Origin: the human T2T-CHM13v2.0 reference genome, Homo sapiens
DNA: 64,000 nt
Reading direction: 5' to 3'
Assembly (NCBI GenBank): GCA_009914755.4
Contig: CP068257.2
Span: forward strand, 24,064,001 to 24,128,000
The position numbers and the translations under genes are program-made. Positions 55,921-64,000 of this stretch are shown here, piece by piece; position 1 is the stretch's first letter, and every line of letters starts with the position of its first letter. The notes under the pieces were generated by a model. That model worked only from the letters and a program-made list of their open reading frames with translations. It was not told where the DNA came from and did no database searches.

Positions 55921-57766
55921 GTGAGTATTTGTACCTATATTTGCCCTTTTATTAATAAGAAATGTTTATTTGATACCGCAAGGTAATAAAAAGGAAAATT
56001 ATTTAAAAAAATTTTTTTTCTACACACAAAATATCTTTTGTTCTGTGGAATGAAAGCTCGACACAAGTACTTTATAAGATCCACTCATGTGTTTTTAAAT
56101 GATACGATTAACATAACAGCTTGCTTTGTATCTCAGTTCACCAAAATTTGTTAGGACATCATTTGTTTCATCTTTACTGACTGTTAATTACCAAGTTGTA
56201 AGAACAATTCTAACCACATTCATACCTGACAGAACTTTCATGCCTGATAATAACTGGATATTAGGTAGCATCCAATTGAAATATCAGTATAGGTTGGATA
56301 CAGCAGAGAAAATATTCAAGTGTCCAAAACAAACTTGAGGAGTTACAGTGGGTTTGAAATGAAGAAAAAAGGCCAAGTTAAAATAGGAAAACAAATAGTT
56401 TTCATTTGGTGGGAGTTGCAATCAAAGTATACAGTTGTATACATTCTAATGGATCATCTGTCCCATGTGGCATTTTCCAAGGCTTGAAGAGTCTACCAGG
56501 GCAAACCCTTCGCCGCCTCCACTACTTTTGCTTGGCTTTTCCCCTTTCTTTTCTCTCGCTTTGCCTTCAGCTTTATTCTTTACCTTTGATTCATCTATAT
56601 TGGGTACTGTACTTGCTAGAAGTACAGTCTAGAAGAGTCTTTTTGTTTCTCTTAATATCCATCTCCATTTTCATGTCATCTTTTCCATCTTTTACCTCAT
56701 GTTGCATTTTCTCTTGGCATGTTTGGGTTTGGGTACCACCACAGTTGCTGTCTCTTAAACATCTTTCATTAAAACATTACTGTCTAGTTTGAGAATACTT
56801 TTAAGCCTGCTGAGCTCTTTTGGGGCATTTTTCCCCCCTTTTCAGCATGCATCTTTCTTTTCCGCTTATGCCATAAGCTTTTAGCTATGTTTTACCTGAG
56901 GTACGAACACACACGTCACAAGATCATCCCAACCGGCTAAAATTTTTAATGAGGAATTTGAGATACACAAAGAAAGTATAACTAACACCTGTGTACATCA
57001 TTAGAAATAAAATTTTTTACACCAAGTATACCTGTTGTAGGTTTCATTTTCCTCTCTCCTACCAGAGAACTATCTTGAATTTTATGTTTATTACTGTCTG
57101 CATATTTTATATTTTTACCAACTATGTAATCGTAAACACTGTATAGCATTGTTTTCCACATGTTTAAACATTGTTTGTAAAATAATACATTGTACATATT
57201 ATTTTATAACTTTTTTATCATTTGAGAATTACTCATGTTGATACTTGCAGCTGTTTCATTCATTTTCACTGCTGTATCTTTTAAATGCTGTGAAAACATC
57301 ATTGAATGAATATTTGTAAGAACATGTGTGAGATGTTCGTGTCATAGGGTTTCTATCCTTTCAGCCTTACTCCAGATATTGCCAGATTCTCAAAGTGGTG
57401 GTGTGAATTCTCATTTGTCCACATTTAGTACAATATATTTGACAAACCGTTTTTATGAACAAATGTTTTAAGAACAAACATGTTTAAATACTCTCTTTGT
57501 CTAATGTGTATGCATCACTAAGTTATTTCCAAACAAGAATACTAGCTCTTACTAAGATGCACAAACTATAATGCAAGCGTTATACTTTACCATCTGAACT
57601 TTTTTGTTATTTTGTTTGAAATTGTGGATTGAGGCTTTCTGTAGTGAAGTACTTTCTTGGGGGTAATTCATAGGGCATTAGTTAAAGTGATAATGTCTTT
57701 CAGTAATTTTTTTTTTTTCCTGCTTGTATTGGAAGAAAAAAAATTTCTCCTTGTCTGTCTTTGCAG

Positions 57767-57907
57767 CTGTGCAAATTATTCCAGCATCAGTGCAATCTGC
57801 TACACCTACTACCATTAAAGTTATAAATAGTAGTGCGAAAGCAGCCAAAGTACAAAGAGCGCCGAGGATTTCAGGAGAAGATAGAAGCTCACCTGGGAAC
57901 AGAACAG
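57767..57907 (+). CDS. GABPA: GABPA exon 8 (141 nt): (P)VQIIPASVQSATPTTIKVINSSAKAAKVQRAPRISGEDRSSPGNRT(G)
   Basis: tttgcag|CTGTGCAAATTATTCC...AACAGAACAG|gtattt. Confidence 0.9.
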
Positions 57908-58151
57908 GTATTTTTGTATTTTCTTGTATTTATAAAATATATCTATCTAATTAGGTATATTTTGTTGTATTTTACTGTATGAAAAATGTGAATTTGGACT
58001 ATCCCTCTGGCAGTTTTTAGACAGCATTTCTAGAAAAACAAAAATTGTTTTTGCCATGGCTGAGATTTAAACCACGGGACCAGTTTGTTGTCTTTGCCTT
58101 GGGCTAATCTATAACACTATAGCTAATGCTTTGTTCCTCTTACCAATTTAG

Positions 58152-58344
58152 GAAACAATGGCCAAATCCAACTATGGCAGTTTTTGCTAGAACTTCTTAC
58201 TGATAAGGACGCTCGAGACTGCATTTCTTGGGTTGGTGATGAAGGTGAATTTAAGCTAAATCAGCCTGAACTGGTTGCACAGAAATGGGGACAGCGTAAA
58301 AATAAGCCTACGATGAACTATGAGAAACTCAGTCGTGCATTAAG
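58152..58344 (+). CDS. GABPA: GABPA exon 9 (193 nt, first part of ETS DNA-binding domain): (G)[63 protein letters not shown](R)
   Basis: aatttag|GAAACAATGGCCAAATCCAACTATGGCAG...GCATTAAG|gtaagc. The ETS-domain hallmark LWQFLL...KLSRALRYYY is split across exons 9 and 10. Confidence 0.9.
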
Positions 58345-61300
58345 GTAAGCCTTTATTACTTTTTTTTCTGTTATCAAAAATAGAAACTTTCTAAAAAATA
58401 GTTTCTTATTCTAGATGTAATAAGCATTGTTATGTAATGATATTAAAAACTTGTTTATGTTTTTTTCTTTACATATTAAAAAACCTTTTTAAAAAGATCT
58501 TAATAATTTCGAGGTACAGTTTTTTTTTTACAAAATTACTCTAAGATTGTTTGTTTTTATCTGATTTGAAAGCTATAATACTCTGTCCCAAAAAAAAATG
58601 TTTAATTTTTGAGGTTTTTATTATTTGCATAGATGAATTGAGTGTTAGTTTTTAATGAGTAAGCAGAAACTGTCCTCTGTTTTTACAATTACAAGCAGAA
58701 TATTGACCCATTTTCTACACAATCTGCCTAAATCTGGATATCCAATCTTTACATTGATACAAACTCTCCGTAAGTAGTATAAGGTTTTTTGACAGAAATT
58801 ACTATCAGAAATTATGCCTACTACAGTGATGGAAATTCAACAGGTACATTTAAGTATCTGAGAAGAAGGATATATAAGAATATCACGGAATTATGTCTGA
58901 TTTTTTGGGAGATTGAATATAGTAAAATAGTTCTGCAATTCACGAGTTTTTCTAAATAGCATGCTTTTACTGCTTCTTCATGTTTCACTTGGCCATTTTC
59001 ACACTGAAAGATTATAATTTAGCTCACACACACACACTCTCCCTTCCCCTTTCCATCCCTTCATCTCAGTATCCCAATATAATTATATGGAAATTTTGGT
59101 TCAGCGAGTATTCATTGTTACAGTATTACGGCCATGTAACTATTATTACATAGTTGGCTGTGATTATTTTTCTTTTCCTGAATGACCCTTTTTTTCTCAG
59201 AGTTCATGAGTAACTAAAATGTTTAGTTTTCAAAATGCTTATCCTTTACCATTCAGTCTCAAACACATTGCCAACTGTCTAAAGATTCTTCGTTTATAAT
59301 CATAATTAAAGCTGCCATTTTTGAGAGTTGATACAGATTGTATACATACAAGTCCCCTCAAAATTACAGGTAAATTGTTAGAGTTAATAATTAAGATGTC
59401 AGTTCCCCCCCAGATTGATCTAAGTTTCAGTGCAGCAACTTAGTTTAATTTGAAAAATCAAACTAAGTTTTTCATAGAACTTGAGAAGATAATTGTAAAA
59501 TTTACATGGGACTATAAAGTACCATGGTAGTCAGGACACCTGAAGATTAGCAAAGTGGAAAGACTTGTCCCACAGGATATTGAGACTGACTCTAAAGTTA
59601 CAGTAATAAGACAGTTATGCTATTTTCTCAAGACAAATAGGCCATACAGTAGAATAGGGAGCCAAAATAGAACCAGGAATATGTAAGCATTTGATTTAAA
59701 GAAATGGCAGTGGGGAGAAAACATATGAGGAAACGACCTGCTTTTCAATAATCAGTGCTGGGATAATTTACTCTCCATCTCTGGGGAAAAGTAAAAGTTG
59801 ACCTCTTGCTTATGCCGTACCAAAAATCAATTCCATGTAGCTTGTAGCTCTACATGTAAAAAGTAAAATAGAAAAGGATCTAGAAATACTTTCATAACTT
59901 CTGGTGGTAGGGAGACATTTAAACAGAATCAAAAGGACTAATTCTAAAGGGAAAGATCAATAAACTGGACTATATTTAAATTAGGAATTTCTGTTCGTTG
60001 AAAGCCTTATTAAGAGAGCCACACATGTCGGACAGAAGTATCTAGAATATCTAACCAATTCTTACAAATCAATTTTTTAATGGGCAAGAGACTTGAATAG
60101 ACACCTCAGGCTAGAGATTATCCAAATGGCCAATGAATATATGCAAAGGTGTACGGCCTCATTAGTATTCAGAGTAATGCAATTGAAAACCATAATTAAA
60201 TGGTACAACTCACCCCCTAGAGTGGCTACAATTTAAAAGATTGCCAGAACTAAGCTCTGTTGAGGATATGGAGCAATGGGAATGCTTCTACCCTTTTGAT
60301 AGGAATGTAAATTGTAACAGTTGCTCCCCTAAGCAACTGTTTCATACACATCAAACAGAGATGTACTTCTATGCCCATACACATGTTCATAGCAGATTAT
60401 TTATAACATCCAAACCCCAGAAACAACCAGATATCTATCAACAGTAGAGTGAATGAATCATTTATGGTATATTCATACAAGAATACCTTGCATTCTTGAA
60501 AACTAAGCTCCTGCTACAAACAATGACCAGTGAACCTCACAAACATAATGTTCAGTGACAGAATCCAGACCCAAAAGACCAAATTCTGTATGATTACATT
60601 TATTTAGTAAAGTTCAAAAAACAGGAAAATTAAATTTCAGTATTTAGGGATGCATGTTTGGGTGATAAAAATATAAAGAAAAAGCAGTCAAATTACTATC
60701 ATGATACAGGCTTGTGTTTACCTTTTAGAGCCAGGATTTGGGGAGTGATTGGGAGGGGACATAAAGGGGATTCTAGATGCTGGCAGTGTTCTGTTTCTTG
60801 ACCTGAGTGATACTTAACAGGTGAGTGAATGTTCACTTTGTAATAAATCACTGAACTGTTCACTTCTGTGTCCTTTTGTTTGTGTGATATATTTGCAATT
60901 AAAAAGTTTAAAAAAATACAAGTTTAAAAAAAAAGAGGGAAGAAAAGAAATCATATCCATGAAATACAGGTATTGTGTATCTTTCATTTTAGGGAGGCAA
61001 CAAGTGGAATAAATGCTACTATATACAGTTGTGTGATGCATCTACTAGATCAAAAGAAGTATTCAGTAAAATTCAAATTTATGTGTGTATATTCTTTTTT
61101 ATCACCTCTTACCAAGAAATATGATTATGCCAACTCCATTTTCCTCCTAGAATTATAAAACCTCTTTCCTTTTCCATTTTCCTTTTTTTCCCCACGTATA
61201 GTCTTACATATTAATGTAGAAATTTTTTAAAGCAATTGATATGCCTATAGCATTTTTAACTGGATGGCAAGGAATTGTTGGTTTATGAGCTGAAATCCAA

Positions 61301-62564
61301 ATTCTGTACTAATGTAATTGACATAAATGGAAACTACAAGACTGCCCAATGTGTTATATCTCTTACTGGGAAATCAAACATAACTATTTTTCTTTTGCTA
61401 TTCTGGAATTAGGGAAAGATGACAATTTCCTGTATATAGGTCAGTCCTTTCATTAATAGACTCTTGATTAAGCCAAGTGACTTTTATCCTGCTAAATGTG
61501 ATAGTTTATATCTGGTACTTTTGCAAATAGTTGTTTCTTTTATAATAGCCCTTTGTCAGTGGGCAGTGCAATTTTAAAATAAGGGCTTTGCAATCTGCCA
61601 GTCGTGGAAAGAGCTTGACTTGCCTCTTTTTCCTGTTGTTGGAATTAGCAATACATAGTGTGTGTTTAAATAAAGTCTGTTTTCCAAAGGAAACATAAAT
61701 CCAGCTCCATTTGCATCTCTATAGAATGCAGCAGTAAACTAGATTTCTAGAATGATTGCCGGAACTCTGCTTGTGTACGTTTAGAAACATTGTCTCTTTG
61801 CAATGTCCTTTACCTGTTTTTCTGTATCCTCTGTTTCTTTTAGACCTTTTCCTTAGACTTAAAGCTCCCTATTGGGCTTGGATAATTTATCTGAAATTTG
61901 GAAAGCGTTTACATAGTGAAATAATAAAGATGAAGACATGACTTCATCATATAGGATTCTTTACAAGACAGAAAAGAAGTGGAATATATGTATTAATTTT
62001 TTTTATATTATCGATTTTTATTAACATAGCTTATATTTTGTAGAGGGCTGTGTGCCAGTCATTGTATACTAAGCACTTTACAAAGATTATCCCTTTAATC
62101 CTCAACAATGATATGAGGGTATAAGCACTGTTAACCTCACTTTATAGATGAGGAATAAAAGCTTTGAGAAAATATGACTCCTGTGGTCTCAAAAATGTTA
62201 GGTTTTGAATCTTGGCTTTCTGACTCCAAAGCTCTTGTTCTTAGGCTCTTCTACTGCTCTCAAGGTTTTTTGTTTTGTTTAATAATTATTTTTAAATCAA
62301 TGTTTTATTCTAATTGTTGAAAATATGTTTTGAAAGTTTAATGTATAGAGTTTTGGAGTAGTGAGCATTGAAATTTTAGTAAATAATGTTGGGATGTTTC
62401 ATTTGATAGTAGCATTAAATATTCTACATAGCTTCAATATTAATTGCTATTGTGGCGGATGCAGTACTCTACTAGGCTTCTGCTTATGGAATAGTCTGTA
62501 AATTATTGTAAGAAGTCTCATTTATTTTTTCTGAAGTCTCTAATTTTTTTTTCTCTTTTTGAAG

Positions 62565-62793
62565 ATATTATTACGATGGGGACATGATTTGTAAAGTTCA
62601 AGGCAAGAGATTTGTGTACAAGTTTGTCTGTGACTTGAAGACTCTTATTGGATACAGTGCAGCGGAGTTGAACCGTTTGGTCACAGAATGTGAACAGAAG
62701 AAACTTGCAAAGATGCAGCTCCATGGAATTGCCCAGCCAGTCACAGCAGTAGCTCTGGCTACTGCTTCTCTGCAAACGGAAAAGGATAATTGA
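62565..62793 (+). CDS. GABPA: GABPA exon 10 coding part: (R)[75 protein letters not shown]; stop TGA at 62791-62793
   Basis: tttttgaag|ATATTATTACGATGGGGAC...GAAAAGGATAATTGA. It matches the provided ORF 62584..62793(+). Confidence 0.9.
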
Positions 62794-64000
62794 GCCCCAG
62801 GACATTCTGAGACTCCAAAGTCTTTCTTAAAATGTTTAGAGCAAGTATAGCTCTTACCTTTATTACTGAATTTGAATCTTCTTTTATTTCTAGGCTGTAC
62901 AGTCTGATGCATGATTTTTTTATAAATATTTCATACTCTTGTGAATTTGGATCTTTTTACTTTGAGCATATATTTTAGAATATGTGTATGTTAAAGGATC
63001 TCCACAATGTCTGCAGTGTGAAGGCAGGTTCATTGTGGAATAGTTTAACAGTCAGGAAGGCTAAACTGGTCAGTATTAATGTGTAGCCCTACCAAAAATA
63101 GCCAGTAGTATCTGAAAATGAAAAATAAATGAAGTATCTCTAGGAAACAGTCTGGCTTAACTATTTTTGAAAATATAACTGTTTCCCCTCTCTGCTGCTT
63201 TAGATGTTGCTTTACATAGAACCAGAAAATGGAATTTCTCAGCTAAAGCATGTGTGCCTGTTTCATCTAATCAAGCAGAGCTAAAATGTTCATACCGAAT
63301 AAATTTATATTAATAAATTACTAAACTAAGAGTATCAGGTTATTTATATATTTGCAAGCAAAGGACAGTAAGAAGTTGACTGGCAAAAGAGCAGTGCTGA
63401 AGGAGGAGATCCAGGTTTAAATCTGGCTTATTAACTCAAGCCAATTTTAAGGATTTTCTGTATAGATTACTCATGTCAGACCAAGAATTTAAATTATTTT
63501 GAGAGAGGCATTTAATTCTAATAAACCAGCTGTTATAAAAATTATAAAATGATCTCTGTTTTTCCTGTCAGAGATTTAAAAAACTGAAAAGGTATACCTC
63601 AACCCAAAAATAAAGGTTTGTTTTGGTTTGTTATGGCTTCCTTTTTTAAAAAATTACCCTGTAGTGCCAGTTTATTATGCAAAGCAGCTTATATTCCTTT
63701 GTTTCTGATAAAATGAAGACTTTAAATCAGTCAGTAGTACTTTACCTTTCAAGGCATTAGTAAATTACTTGCAAATAGTTTTAAAAGGAAAATACGACCT
63801 TTGTTATAGGCAGTCTTCTCTTTAAGACAATACTTTTCCACTTGTTTTCCTTTTCCATATTATATATGTGTATTCATATAGCTGTATACATATTCAGTTG
63901 ATCATTTTATAAACATATGAAGGCATAAAGATATACAGAAGAAAAATTATTAAACAACTCATTTTAAGATTCAAATTAACTAATTCCTGCATATATGACA
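62794..64000 (+). other. GABPA: GABPA 3' UTR (continues beyond the window end). It contains AATAAA-type signals at about 63124, 63300 and 63520 and AU-rich pentamers
   Basis: Contiguous with the terminal coding exon; AT-rich with no further ORF. The true poly(A) site is probably outside the window. Confidence 0.6.

Noticed and set aside
56406-56792. 128-aa ORF (+) in GABPA intron 7
   Set aside because: It is hydrophobic and low-complexity. It has no flanking splice consensus that would join it to GABPA exons in frame, and it is not needed to complete the 454-aa GABPA reading frame.

Overview
This window is human genomic DNA, not a prokaryotic or accessory region. It matches the chr21q21.3 gene order JAM2 (3' end, + strand), ATP5PF/ATP5J (whole gene, - strand) and GABPA (+ strand, exon 1 through most of the last exon). 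The gene calls rest on exact in-frame translation of spliced exons with AG/GT boundaries. GABPA coding exons 2-10 sum to 1365 nt, which is 454 codons plus the stop, and the translation reproduces the ETS (GABP-alpha / NRF-2 alpha) protein from MTKREAEELIEIEIDGTEKAECTEES through the PNT domain and ETS domain to LQTEKDN*. ATP5PF coding exons sum to 327 nt (108 aa plus stop), giving MILQRLFRFSSVIRSAVSVHLRRNIGVTAVAFNKELDPIQKLFVDKIREYKSKRQTSGGPVDASSEYQQELERELFKLKQMFGNADMNTFPTFKFEDPKFEVIEKPQA*. JAM2 contributes its last three coding exons (…KETSFQ | KSNSSSKATTMSEN | DFKHTKSFII*) and a roughly 2.9-kb 3' UTR. ATP5PF and GABPA are head-to-head at a CpG island of about 1.5 kb (roughly 28050-29530) that carries CCGGAAGT-type ETS/GABP motifs, Sp1 GC boxes and an NRF-1-like GCGCATGCGC palindrome, i.e. 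the bidirectional promoter known for this locus. The rest is interspersed repeats: about 33 Alu copies (about 15% of the window, many with visible target-site duplications), a THE1/MST-like MaLR solo LTR, an MLT1-like LTR, several MIR fragments, and a 480-bp hAT-type non-autonomous DNA transposon with terminal inverted repeats and an 8-bp TSD. I see no CRISPR array, rRNA or tRNA, and no evidence of a novel or undescribed system. The long GC-rich ORFs at 28.7-29.5 kb and the many Alu-embedded ORFs in the six-frame track are compositional or repeat artefacts. All coordinates were hand-counted from the printed sequence, so repeat boundaries are +/- about 10 bp. The exact ends of the non-coding first exons of GABPA and ATP5PF cannot be fixed from sequence alone.
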